64,000 bases of DNA from Alphaproteobacteria bacterium (GCA_017535105.1 JAFXUI010000001.1:80945-144944); one strand, 5' to 3'. Counted from the stretch's first letter, positions 9,410 through 18,027 are shown. Numbers and translations are program-made. Notes: generated from the letters alone by a model not told the origin.

Positions 9410-11611
9410 ATGAAATCGCTTTTCACGCTTGTTATTGCGCTATTTTTGGTGGCACCGGTTCACGCCGAAACTGACGTGTCTTCGCGTGGCACATCACGTG
9501 TTTTACCATCGGGGGCAACTGCGATTGGTTCTGGGCGTGCGTCTGGAACGGTTGCAACTTCTCGTGGTGCACGTACTGCGACGGCGAATGTTGCGCGTCG
9601 TGCTACAACCGCCCGTACGGCTACACAAACCCCGGGTGTTGTTGCGCGTGTTGGAACGCAAACTGTTGCCGTAACGGAAAGTGGATCTTCCACCCGTATC
9701 GGTTCACGCGTACCGGGTGTTGCACGTGCCCCATCGATCAGTGTTTCATCATCGACAACGACTATTACTAAACCAACAGTCGAAGAAACAATTTCCACAA
9801 TGGAATCTGTTGCGGAATTGTCCGATCACTGCAAGGCACAATATATGGCGTGTATGGATAACTTCTGTAACGTCTTGGACGATAACCAGGGTCGTTGCAC
9901 ATGTAGTAAGAATGTCCGTAACTATGAAAAGACCGAAGAAGCATTGAAAACAGCAACCGAAGAATTGCAAGATGTTGCACAAAAGATTCAATACATCGGT
10001 TTGACAAGTGAAGAAATTGTTACATTGTTCACTCAGACAGAGGCTGAATTGGCAATGCAAAACAATTCGGACAGCACGAAACTTAAAAATGACCTTGATC
10101 GTATTAAAAATATGATTGTTGGTGTTAAAAGTGGTTCCGCCAGTTCAATTGGTGATACTACTTCGGGCATCAGTTTGGACTTGTCCAATCTGTTAAGTTT
10201 CAATATCGACAGTACTGGCTTTGATATCACATCATTGTTCACAACAACAACAAACAACAACACTGCAGCAATCACCAATCAACGTGGTGAAGCATTATAT
10301 AAAAGTGCTGCGGCACGTTGTAAAGCGGCTGTGTTGAACAGTTGTGCGTCCCAAGGTGTTGAAATTGGTGTTATCGTCAATTACTATGATATGGAAATTG
10401 ATAAACAGTGCATCTTGTACGAACGTGCGTTGACCGATGCAAATGATCAAATGGTTGCAACGGTGCGTAATGCAAAGACCGTTTTACAAAAGGCACGTTT
10501 GATGGTTGCACAGCAAAAGAATCAATATGACCTGCGTGGTTGTATCAGTGCGCTTGATTCATGTATGCAAGACGACTATGTCTGTGGCACTGATTACGAA
10601 GATTGTGTTGACCCATCTGGTAAATATATCGTAGATGGCGAAGTCGTAGCTGGTTCGATGCCTGGTATATCTGGTGGTATGTGGAAAAAGACAACCACCT
10701 CAGGATCAGGCTCCAGTGCCACCACAACGACAACCACTGAAGCCAACGCACAAAAGGGTTTATATATGACATGGAATCATGGTTCAAGTGGTTCTGAGAA
10801 AAACATTTGGTCACCAAAGGAAGCAGCAACTGGATATATCCCCTATACGATACAACAGTATATTGCTGATACCGTGTCATTAAGCAGTGCGACAAATGGT
10901 GCGACATCATCTGAAATGTCAGTGTATCTGCAGAACAAGCTGGGTTATCATGATGATGCGACCGGCCGTAACTATGGTATGTGCATATCGGTATTGAATA
11001 AATGCCAAGATTACACATACAGCGGTGGTAAATATACACCAGAAGGTAGTGCTGTGATTGCCGGATGGATGGAACGTGCATTACGTCAGATTAAGGTAAC
11101 TCAAGATACTATCTTGTCAAAGTATGCTCAGAGCTGTATTTCCGACGTAACATCATGCTTAAGCCAGAATAACTATTCATTCTATGCATCATCGTCTGCA
11201 TCAGCGGCATCTTCGTCTAATCCGACAAATATGGCGATTAGAGCTTGCTTGCCGGTTATCAATACTTGCCGTTCGGTTACATTAGGCCTTACCGACAAAG
11301 ACGTGACTATTGATGATTTGGATCCGATTTATAAATGGTTGGATGCTGCTATCGCAACATCGTTCAAAGATTCTTGTCAAAAGACTGGTGGAACATGGAC
11401 AGACGCAACTGGTGTGTGTGCATGTGCAACGGGATCAACATTGTCAAATGGTGCTTGTACTCCTCCTGCATTACCAAAGACACAAGCCGCGTGTAGTGGT
11501 ATAGCCAATGCAGAATGGAAAAACAGTGCATGTGCTTGTAAGTCTAATTATACTCCTGACTACAGTGGTTCAGTGGCAGCGTGTGTTGCGACAACGACAT
11601 CAGGCACCTAA
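9410..11611 (+). CDS. Large secreted cysteine-rich protein (signal peptide, R/T/A-rich low-complexity N-region, about 40 Cys in C-terminal two-thirds); function unknown
   Basis: ORF 9404..11611; ATG at 9410 has better RBS spacing; MKSLFTLVIALFLVAPVHA signal peptide; repeated CxC and CxxC motifs to the C-terminus. Confidence 0.7.
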   Translation: MKSLFTLVIALFLVAPVHAETDVSSRGTSRVLPSGATAIGSGRASGTVATSRGARTATANVARRATTARTATQTPGVVARVGTQTVAVTESGSSTRIGSRVPGVARAPSISVSSSTTTITKPTVEETISTMESVAELSDHCKAQYMACMDNFCNVLDDNQGRCTCSKNVRNYEKTEEALKTATEELQDVAQKIQYIGLTSEEIVTLFTQTEAELAMQNNSDSTKLKNDLDRIKNMIVGVKSGSASSIGDTTSGISLDLSNLLSFNIDSTGFDITSLFTTTTNNNTAAITNQRGEALYKSAAARCKAAVLNSCASQGVEIGVIVNYYDMEIDKQCILYERALTDANDQMVATVRNAKTVLQKARLMVAQQKNQYDLRGCISALDSCMQDDYVCGTDYEDCVDPSGKYIVDGEVVAGSMPGISGGMWKKTTTSGSGSSATTTTTTEANAQKGLYMTWNHGSSGSEKNIWSPKEAATGYIPYTIQQYIADTVSLSSATNGATSSEMSVYLQNKLGYHDDATGRNYGMCISVLNKCQDYTYSGGKYTPEGSAVIAGWMERALRQIKVTQDTILSKYAQSCISDVTSCLSQNNYSFYASSSASAASSSNPTNMAIRACLPVINTCRSVTLGLTDKDVTIDDLDPIYKWLDAAIATSFKDSCQKTGGTWTDATGVCACATGSTLSNGACTPPALPKTQAACSGIANAEWKNSACACKSNYTPDYSGSVAACVATTTSGT

Positions 11612-11631
11612 TGCCTTGGTTTAACAAATCA

Positions 11632-11660
11632 ACCGCCCAATCGGGCGGTTTTTTGTTTTG
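11632..11660 (+). terminator. Rho-independent terminator
   Basis: AACCGCCCAATCGGGCGGTTTTTTGTTTT. Confidence 0.6.
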
Positions 11661-11713
11661 GTATTCTTACTTGTGTCATTCCCGCGAAGGCGGGAATCTA
11701 TTGCCCCGCAGGG
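11660..11713 (+). repeat. Palindromic interspersed repeat, copy A (TGTCATYCCCGCGAAGGCGGGRATCYANTGCCCCRCAGGG family)
   Basis: 46-nt identity with copy B at 11829; internal hairpin TTCCCGC-GAAG-GCGGGAA. Confidence 0.7.
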
Positions 11714-11828
11714 TTTATTATGCTTACATGCGGCGCATCGTTCGCAACATTGTTGCTCACTTTAGATACCCACCTGCGTGGGTATGACGACTTTTTTGAT
11801 TATTCTTATACTATATTTTTCTTGTCGC

Positions 11829-11880
11829 GGTATTCTTACTTGTGTCATTCCCGCGAAGGCGGGAATCTATTGCCACGCAG
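11829..11880 (+). repeat. Palindromic interspersed repeat, copy B (direct repeat of copy A, 169 bp downstream)
   Basis: ggtattcttacttgtgtcattcccgcgaaggcgggaatctattgcc identical to copy A. Confidence 0.7.
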
Positions 11881-11888
11881 TGACCACT

Positions 11889-12209
11889 TTACATATTATG
11901 ATCATATCCAAAAGCTTCTAAAACTTCTGGATATAAATCTTTCCAATCAGGATTTTTCTGAATAATCAACCGTAATTTCCAATTACGATTCCATTTTTTC
12001 AATTCTCTCTCACGATAAACCATATTATTCATATCATCAATTTGTTCATAATATACCAGAATATTACAATTATATTTCGCAGTGAAAGAGTTCGGATAAA
12101 CTTTGTTTTTATGCTCAAATACACGACCAACTAAATCAGATGTTGAACCAATGTATAATGTTCCCATTGGTGCACTTGCCATAATATAAATATAACCGTG
12201 TTTTTCCAT
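11889..12209 (-). CDS. GIY-YIG nuclease family protein (UPF0213-like)
   Basis: MEKHGYIYIMASAPMGTLYIGSTSDLVGRVFEHK... GIY...YIG motif with conserved R and E; ORF-track start 12233 is a TTG extension, ATG at 12209. Confidence 0.75.
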   Translation of the reverse strand: MEKHGYIYIMASAPMGTLYIGSTSDLVGRVFEHKNKVYPNSFTAKYNCNILVYYEQIDDMNNMVYRERELKKWNRNWKLRLIIQKNPDWKDLYPEVLEAFGYDHNM

Positions 12210-12250
12210 ACTGAAAATTTTAACAATAACCAATTATTATTGCAAGTTGA

Positions 12251-12290
12251 CCCTGTGGGGCAGTGGATCCCCGCCTTCGCGGGGATGACA
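12251..12290 (-). repeat. Palindromic interspersed repeat, copy C (inverted orientation)
   Basis: Reverse complement tgtcatccccgcgaaggcggggatccactgccccacaggg matches family consensus and copy D nearly exactly. Confidence 0.7.
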
Positions 12291-12354
12291 ATAAAACGAA
12301 ATATGCGTAGAAATCACTGTTTTTGTATCACAACAGGATAATGTGTCACACCAC

Positions 12355-13434
12355 TTAATTATTAAACAGGAAGTGGCATATATCACCGTCCGCCATTACG
12401 TAATCACGACCAACTGTACGCATTTTACCGGCTTCTTTGACCGCTAATTCACCGCCTAATTCCAACCAATCAGATGGTGATATAATTTCCGCACGAATAA
12501 AACCCTTTTCGAAATCTGTATGAATCTTACCCGCGGCTTGGGGTGCCGTCATACCGCGCGTTATTGTCCATGCGTGTGCTTCCTTTGGCCCCACAGTATA
12601 GAACGTTTGTAAACCCAACGTGTCATAACCGGTTTTTATAACCTGGTCCAAACCAGATTCATTTAACCCCAGTTCCGTTAAAAACATCTTTCTTTCGTCC
12701 ACGTCTACAATTTGCGCGATTTCCATTTCTATTTTTGATGAAATTATTAGTACTGGCGCATCATTTCCGATTTTATTTTTAACCATATCGGAATATTTAT
12801 TGCCCGTTGCCGCAGATTCTTCATCAACATTACATACATAAATTACCGGCTTTGCAGTTAATAAATTAAATGGCGCGGCATTTACACCCGACTTTCGTGC
12901 CGGTGTGCCAGATTCCAGACCCGATTTAATTGTATTTGCGTCTGCCAATAATTTTATCGCATCTTTATCCAGGCCGTGCGCTTTTTTCTCAAGATTTTTT
13001 ATTTGTTTTTCAATACTTTCAAGGTCGGCCAATGCAAGTTCTGTTTCAATTGTATCAATATCCGCAAGTGGATCAATTTTACCGTTTACGTGTACAATAT
13101 CATCATTTTCAAAGCAACGTACCACGTGAATTATCGCGTCCGTAGATAATATATTCCCAAGGAATTTATTACCCAAACCTTCACCGGTTGATGCACCACG
13201 AACAAGCCCCGCAATATCAACAATTTCAAGTTGTGTTGGTATAATTTTCGCCGCGTTCACTGTTTTTGCCAATTCCAATAAAGTCGCATCCGGTACAACC
13301 ACGTGACCGGTATTTGGCTCAATGGTACAAAACGGATAATTTTGCGCGTCCGCCGCGGCGCTTTGTGTCAGCGCATTAAACAGTGTTGATTTTCCAACAT
13401 TCGGCAACCCAACAATTCCACAATTGAATCCCAT
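12355..13434 (-). CDS. ychF: Ribosome-binding ATPase YchF (Obg-family GTPase-like)
   Basis: 359 aa; MGFNCGIVGLPNVGKSTLFNALT G1 motif, TGS C-terminal domain. Confidence 0.95.
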   Translation of the reverse strand: MGFNCGIVGLPNVGKSTLFNALTQSAAADAQNYPFCTIEPNTGHVVVPDATLLELAKTVNAAKIIPTQLEIVDIAGLVRGASTGEGLGNKFLGNILSTDAIIHVVRCFENDDIVHVNGKIDPLADIDTIETELALADLESIEKQIKNLEKKAHGLDKDAIKLLADANTIKSGLESGTPARKSGVNAAPFNLLTAKPVIYVCNVDEESAATGNKYSDMVKNKIGNDAPVLIISSKIEMEIAQIVDVDERKMFLTELGLNESGLDQVIKTGYDTLGLQTFYTVGPKEAHAWTITRGMTAPQAAGKIHTDFEKGFIRAEIISPSDWLELGGELAVKEAGKMRTVGRDYVMADGDICHFLFNN

Positions 13435-13454
13435 ATAAAAATCCTTTATAATTT

Positions 13455-14144
13455 ATGCGTAATATGTCATACATGTGGGAAAATTTCAATATAAAACCAA
13501 TGCCCGCGGAAACAATTGTTTACCGCGATGGTGAATATTGCGCCGAACTTTCTACAATAAAAAATGGCCCGATAAATAAAAATTATGTTTTACCAGTTCA
13601 TATTATTTATGTTGGTGAAATTGCCGGTAAAAAAGAATTAAATATCGATGTAAATATCGATAATCAACCGGTCTTTTTATCGGTAAATATAAAAAATAAA
13701 TTACCGGCCTTTTTTAATATTTTTATCAAAAACACCGGTAAAAATTCTGAAATTCGTGGGCATATTATTTTGGATAATAATGGTTCATTGGAATATAATT
13801 GTACCGCCGAACATTTGTCGGCAAATACCGGTGTTTTTTTACAAAATAAACTTATTGCTAATAAAAATTCTGTATCTAAATTATCGGGTGTCGCAATTAT
13901 AAATAAAGATTGTCCGGAATGTAATTCAGATATATCTTTTTCAGCCATCGCTGATAAAGATGCAAAAATTGAATTTTTACCGGCGCAGCGCATTTCGTCC
14001 GTACCACAAAATGCGGGGCACAGTGCATCGATTTATTCACCTAAACCAATCCAGATTCAATTTTTACGTTCAGCCGGTTTATCATCAACTGAAATTACTG
14101 ACGTTATGCGTGAAGCATTTATAAACGATTTTTCATTATTTTAA
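13455..14144 (+). CDS. SufB/SufD-family protein, short form (SufD-like C-terminal beta-helix)
   Basis: C-terminal HSASIYSPKPIQIQFLRSAGLSSTEITDVMREAFINDF aligns with the SufD C-terminus (HGATVGQLDDEALFYLRSRGISQQDAQQMIIYAF); only 229 aa and no sufB/sufC neighbours; start uncertain because the divergent gap to ychF is only 20 bp. Confidence 0.45.
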   Translation: MRNMSYMWENFNIKPMPAETIVYRDGEYCAELSTIKNGPINKNYVLPVHIIYVGEIAGKKELNIDVNIDNQPVFLSVNIKNKLPAFFNIFIKNTGKNSEIRGHIILDNNGSLEYNCTAEHLSANTGVFLQNKLIANKNSVSKLSGVAIINKDCPECNSDISFSAIADKDAKIEFLPAQRISSVPQNAGHSASIYSPKPIQIQFLRSAGLSSTEITDVMREAFINDFSLF

Positions 14145-14149
14145 TAAAA

Positions 14150-14181
14150 AAAGTATTCATAAGAAAATATCCTTATGAATA
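14150..14181 (-). terminator. Rho-independent terminator downstream of rpmJ (bidirectional hairpin)
   Basis: GTATTCATAAG-aaaatatc-CTTATGAATAC, followed on minus strand by TTTTTTTA. Confidence 0.55.
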
Positions 14182-14218
14182 CATAAAAATACCGTTATGC
14201 ATAATGCATAATTCAGAT

Positions 14219-14353
14219 TTATTTTTTCTTAAAGCCTTGTTTTGCTTTTAACTTTGGATTATCAGGATCAATCAAGATAACCTGTTTACCACGACGAATT
14301 TGTTTAATATTGCCGCGTTTTTTCCAAGCCTTTAATGAACTTAAAAATTTCAT
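14219..14353 (-). CDS. rpmJ: 50S ribosomal protein L36 (alpha/mitochondrial type, cysteine-free)
   Basis: 44-aa ORF absent from the ORF track: MKFLSSLKAWKKRGNIKQIRRGKQVILIDPDNPKLKAKQGFKKK; matches alphaproteobacterial L36 pattern MKxxxSLKxxKxRxxxxxxVRRxGxxYVINKxNPRxKARQG. Confidence 0.75.
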   Translation of the reverse strand: MKFLSSLKAWKKRGNIKQIRRGKQVILIDPDNPKLKAKQGFKKK

Positions 14354-14448
14354 ATCTAAATCCTTTTTGCAGGGGTGATTATACATGCTTTTTCTAAAAA
14401 ATCAAATAATTATTATATTTTTTGTTGTTTTTATTGTACCTGTTTATA

Positions 14449-14643
14449 TTGTTGAAAAAAGTTATTAGTAATTTTTTAACAAGTTTTTAACAATTTTTTC
14501 CCAGAAATCTAATATTTTTTAACAAATTGTTGAAAAAATAATCATTATTTTAACATGTTGAAAAATACCTATTTTTGAACCAAATAAACTTTTTCATAAA
14601 AACACTTTTTATACTTGTTAAAAATTGTTGAAATTATTATAAT
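14449..14643 (+). promoter_or_regulatory. AT-rich control region upstream of virB3: four copies of TTGTTGAAAAA (14449, 14527, 14555, 14625), interleaved TTAACAA motifs, promoter TTGTTA(14616)-16 nt-TATAAT(14638)
   Basis: Direct repeats seen in sequence; -35/-10 spacing 16; GGAGAG RBS before ATG 14663. Confidence 0.45.
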
Positions 14644-14662
14644 TCAATCATTCGGAGAGAAA

Positions 14663-14959
14663 ATGAAACAGCAAGTATTGAAAGCTTTGGCAAATCCTGC
14701 GCGCATATTTTACGTGCCGTATAATTTGGCCGTGCTTAATTTTGCCGTACAATTCATTGTTTTTATGATATTTTTTATGATTGATTTATTTATAAACCAG
14801 GCGAATATGACAATTTCACCATTGTATTTTTTAATATCGGTGATAATTGTTCATTCTGTGTTGGGTGTGTTTTGTAAAAGGGATCCGCAACTGGGTCAGA
14901 TTGTGGTGGCCAAGATTCAGTTGTTTAAAAGAAAAATACCGGGAAAATTGGTGGCGTAA
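14663..14959 (+). CDS. virB3: Type IV secretion system protein VirB3/TrbD family
   Basis: About 99 aa from ATG 14663 (ORF track starts earlier at 14615); LKALANPARIFYVPYNLAVLNF matches VirB3 motif (LxKGLTRPxMxxGVPy), two TM helices; stop overlaps virB4 start. Confidence 0.7.
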   Translation: MKQQVLKALANPARIFYVPYNLAVLNFAVQFIVFMIFFMIDLFINQANMTISPLYFLISVIIVHSVLGVFCKRDPQLGQIVVAKIQLFKRKIPGKLVA

Positions 14960-17380
14960 ATGAACGAATTTTTTAATTATTTTGCCGGTGGTGGATATTC
15001 TATAACCATGACGATTTTGGTTATGGCGGTTATTTTCGTATTTATTGTTTTAATGCTTTATATCCCATCATTGTCGCGCCGCATATTCCCAAGTTTTGGT
15101 TATCGTCATTATGCGAATTATTTGCCGTTCAAAAATGTCTATAATGATAACACGATATCTTTGACCGATGGGTCACTGTTGCGTGTGTATCGTGTGTCTG
15201 GTGTCCAGACCAGTATGCAAGATGACGCGACCCGCGAAAAATTCTTGGATTTACGTGCGCAATTATTTAATCAAATTCGTGATCCAAATGTGACGTTACG
15301 TTTTTACATGGTGCGTGATGCGGCGGCGGATAATGAAAACTATGAATTTGATAATCAGGTTTTACAGGGTATTTATAACAAATGGCGCGCCCAGGGTTTA
15401 CGTATATTTATAAATAATTATTATATTGTGATTTCTGTGGCTGGTGGTGGCGCGCGTGAAAAATTAAATCAATATTGTAATTATATTGAATCAATATTGG
15501 CGGCGTATAAACCAAAGGTATTGAATAATAATACACGTGATAATATGGCGCGATTCTTTGGTCGTATTTTATCACCGATAAGCAAGCCCGCCCCGGTCGT
15601 TGCCGATAATAAAATTGCAGAGGCAGTGACGGTTGACGATGTTATATTTGAACGTGATGGAATTGTCCGCTATGTCAGTGGGGGCGCGCAAATGTTTGCG
15701 GCGGCGTTATCTTTCCGTATATCGCCAGATTATCTGGACGAAGATTTCTTTAATTCAATATCAACCATACAAACAGAAATGATTTGTATGAATGGTTTTC
15801 ATATCATGGGAACGGCGGATATTGAATCAACATTTCGTCAACGTAAATCAACCGCAGACGAAAATGAAACATCTACATTGGCCCAGGTGTCGGCGGCGCA
15901 AAGTGCGATGGACGAAAACATTTCTGGAAACCAGAGTTTGGTAAATTACTATCCGCTGTTTGTGATATTTGGTGCGACCGTTGAAGAATTAAACAAGTAT
16001 GTTGATGAGTTCAAAAAGATATCGGCATCGTTTGGTGTATCGCCAATTGTTGAAACATTTGCGTCAAAGGTTTCTTGGTTTTCACAAATACCGGGATTTG
16101 ATGTTTTCCCACGCAGTTTCAAGTTGCTGTCAAAAACGGCGGCGGTTTGTATCCCGATGTCCAGCACGCCACGCGGAATTGAAAATTCTGATTGGGGTCC
16201 GGGACCATTGGTTGTTTTCCCAACGGCCCAGGGTACACCATATATGTTCCAATTCCATGTTTCAGACAAACCAACCGCGGTGGGACATACATTAACAATC
16301 GGTCCAACCGGTGGTGGTAAAACAACTTTGTTCAGTTTTTTAATCGCGCAATCGTTGCGTCACCCAAAACTGAAAGCGTTTTTCTTTGACAGAAACAAGG
16401 GTGCCGAAATATTCACTTTGGCGGTTGGTGGAAAATATATCACTATGCGGGGCAAGGAAAAGAATACCGATCCAATGGCGAAAACTTTTGAAACGCGGTT
16501 GAATCCATTAAAGATGCCGGATACACCGGAAAATCGCGCGTTTTTGCGTCGTTGGTTTGCGATTATATCGGGACAAAATGACGCGGCGTCCGCCGATGAA
16601 ATTGCACGTGCGGTTTCGGTCAACTTTGATTATTTGTCGGACAAGGATAGGGTGCTGAAAAACCTTTGGGAAAGTTGTTTTTCGTCCAGTGGCGAAATGC
16701 GTGCGCCATTAAAGAAGTGGGTTGACCCATTACAATATGGCGATATGTTTAATGAAGACAGCGATACACTTGATTTGGGTGCGCGTCTTACAACATTTGA
16801 TTTTACCGATATTTTACAGGACGAGGTTTTATCGCCTGCGGTTATTTCATACATATTGCACCGTATAAACACGACAACGGTATCTGGTGGAAATCCATCA
16901 CTTATTATGATTGATGAAACAGCGCCAATGTTGGAAAACAAAATGTTCCGCGATAACTTTATTGCCGGCTTACAAGAAGGGCGCAAAAACCGTCAGGCAT
17001 ATATGGTCGCGTTCCAGCGCGCAAACGTTTTGGATAAACTTGGTATTGGTGATGTTGTTCGTGGCCAGGCGCAAACGGTATTATTCTTCCGTAATCCAGC
17101 CGCCGATGCGGGCGACTATGCACATTGGAATCTGAACCCGTTGGAAATGGCATTTATCCAGGGCAAGGCATATCCAAACTTGAAACGTGCGGTATTGTTG
17201 TCGCGTCCGGTAAATGGGGAATCGGTCATATTAAATACGGAACTTGGTGGGCTGGGCAATTTATTGCGCCTGTTTGAATCGGGTCGTCCATCGGTATTAC
17301 TGGCCGAAGAATTGTATAAAATGTATGGCGCGAATTTTGTTGCGGAATATCTGAAAAAGCAATCTGGCGGAAATGTTTAA
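14960..17380 (+). CDS. virB4: Type IV secretion system ATPase VirB4/TrbE/CagE family
   Basis: 806 aa; Walker A GPTGGGKTTL, Walker B LIMIDETAP; size and architecture of VirB4. Confidence 0.9.
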   Translation: MNEFFNYFAGGGYSITMTILVMAVIFVFIVLMLYIPSLSRRIFPSFGYRHYANYLPFKNVYNDNTISLTDGSLLRVYRVSGVQTSMQDDATREKFLDLRAQLFNQIRDPNVTLRFYMVRDAAADNENYEFDNQVLQGIYNKWRAQGLRIFINNYYIVISVAGGGAREKLNQYCNYIESILAAYKPKVLNNNTRDNMARFFGRILSPISKPAPVVADNKIAEAVTVDDVIFERDGIVRYVSGGAQMFAAALSFRISPDYLDEDFFNSISTIQTEMICMNGFHIMGTADIESTFRQRKSTADENETSTLAQVSAAQSAMDENISGNQSLVNYYPLFVIFGATVEELNKYVDEFKKISASFGVSPIVETFASKVSWFSQIPGFDVFPRSFKLLSKTAAVCIPMSSTPRGIENSDWGPGPLVVFPTAQGTPYMFQFHVSDKPTAVGHTLTIGPTGGGKTTLFSFLIAQSLRHPKLKAFFFDRNKGAEIFTLAVGGKYITMRGKEKNTDPMAKTFETRLNPLKMPDTPENRAFLRRWFAIISGQNDAASADEIARAVSVNFDYLSDKDRVLKNLWESCFSSSGEMRAPLKKWVDPLQYGDMFNEDSDTLDLGARLTTFDFTDILQDEVLSPAVISYILHRINTTTVSGGNPSLIMIDETAPMLENKMFRDNFIAGLQEGRKNRQAYMVAFQRANVLDKLGIGDVVRGQAQTVLFFRNPAADAGDYAHWNLNPLEMAFIQGKAYPNLKRAVLLSRPVNGESVILNTELGGLGNLLRLFESGRPSVLLAEELYKMYGANFVAEYLKKQSGGNV

Positions 17381-17984
17381 GAAAATCTTTATTTTGCCGA
17401 TAATGTTTTTTTGCTTTTCTGCAAATGCCAATGAATGTATGGCGTATAAAATAAAACCAAAAATCACAATCACAACCCCCGAATATGAAAAGCACGTTGT
17501 CCAATCAAAAAAGCCAATGAATCTGCTGCATGGCAACGTTGTTGCAACATTGGTTGATAACTATGATATTGTCGTGGAAATTAGCAAAATAAAAGATGGT
17601 TATTGTGTTGGTTTGAAATCGGTTGCGGCAACAATAGGGTACACCGATTTTATGGTAAAAATAGATTCCCGACATGGTGTAAATACTTGTTCGTACAAGG
17701 CGATATTAAATCACGAAAACCGGCACATAGACGCATACATATCGGTAATTGACGATAATAAACAAGATTTATACGATGCGATTTATTCGGCGGCAGACAG
17801 TATAATGCCGATATTTGTAAAGTCGCAAATGGACGCGGACAGCGCCGTTGAAAAAATGAACAGCGAATTACAAACACACCCCGATGTTGTTCTGGCGATA
17901 CAAAAGATTCACGCAGATGAAGAGATAAAAAATAAAAATATAGATAAACAAGAAAACTATTCTGAATTGAAAAGTTGTTTATAA
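17373..17984 (+). CDS. Secreted protein with HENRH (HExxH) motif; possible DUF922-like zinc metallopeptidase; co-transcribed with virB4
   Basis: Signal peptide MFKKIFILPIMFFCFSANA; NHENRHIDAY motif; 8-nt overlap with virB4 end. Confidence 0.55.
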   Translation: MFKKIFILPIMFFCFSANANECMAYKIKPKITITTPEYEKHVVQSKKPMNLLHGNVVATLVDNYDIVVEISKIKDGYCVGLKSVAATIGYTDFMVKIDSRHGVNTCSYKAILNHENRHIDAYISVIDDNKQDLYDAIYSAADSIMPIFVKSQMDADSAVEKMNSELQTHPDVVLAIQKIHADEEIKNKNIDKQENYSELKSCL

Positions 17985-17988
17985 CAAA

Positions 17989-18010
17989 AACCGCCAAGAT
18001 GGCGGTTTTT
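17989..18010 (+). terminator. Bidirectional rho-independent terminator
   Basis: AAAAACCGCCAAGATGGCGGTTTTT. Confidence 0.65.
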
Positions 18011-18027
18011 ATGTACATAGCGACTTT

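Noticed and set aside
9480-9720. Tandem-looking repeats in the 5' part of the Cys-rich gene considered as a CRISPR-like or VNTR array
   Set aside because: They are degenerate codon-level repeats within a continuous ORF (RxT/A peptide repeats), not DNA-level direct repeats with spacers
9429-10278. Several 80-110-aa ORFs on both strands inside the Cys-rich protein gene (9429..9674, 9460..9798, 9681..9947, 9749..10060, 10033..10278)
   Set aside because: They overlap a long, signal-peptide-bearing ORF with promoter and RBS; the antisense or alternative frames are low-complexity (R/L/H-rich) artefacts of the repetitive N-region
14354-14662. AT-rich 300-bp region considered as a possible replication origin or CRISPR leader
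   Set aside because: Repeats are short (11 nt) and irregularly spaced, without repeat-spacer periodicity or cas genes, and there are no DnaA boxes; better explained as a promoter/operator region for virB3-virB4
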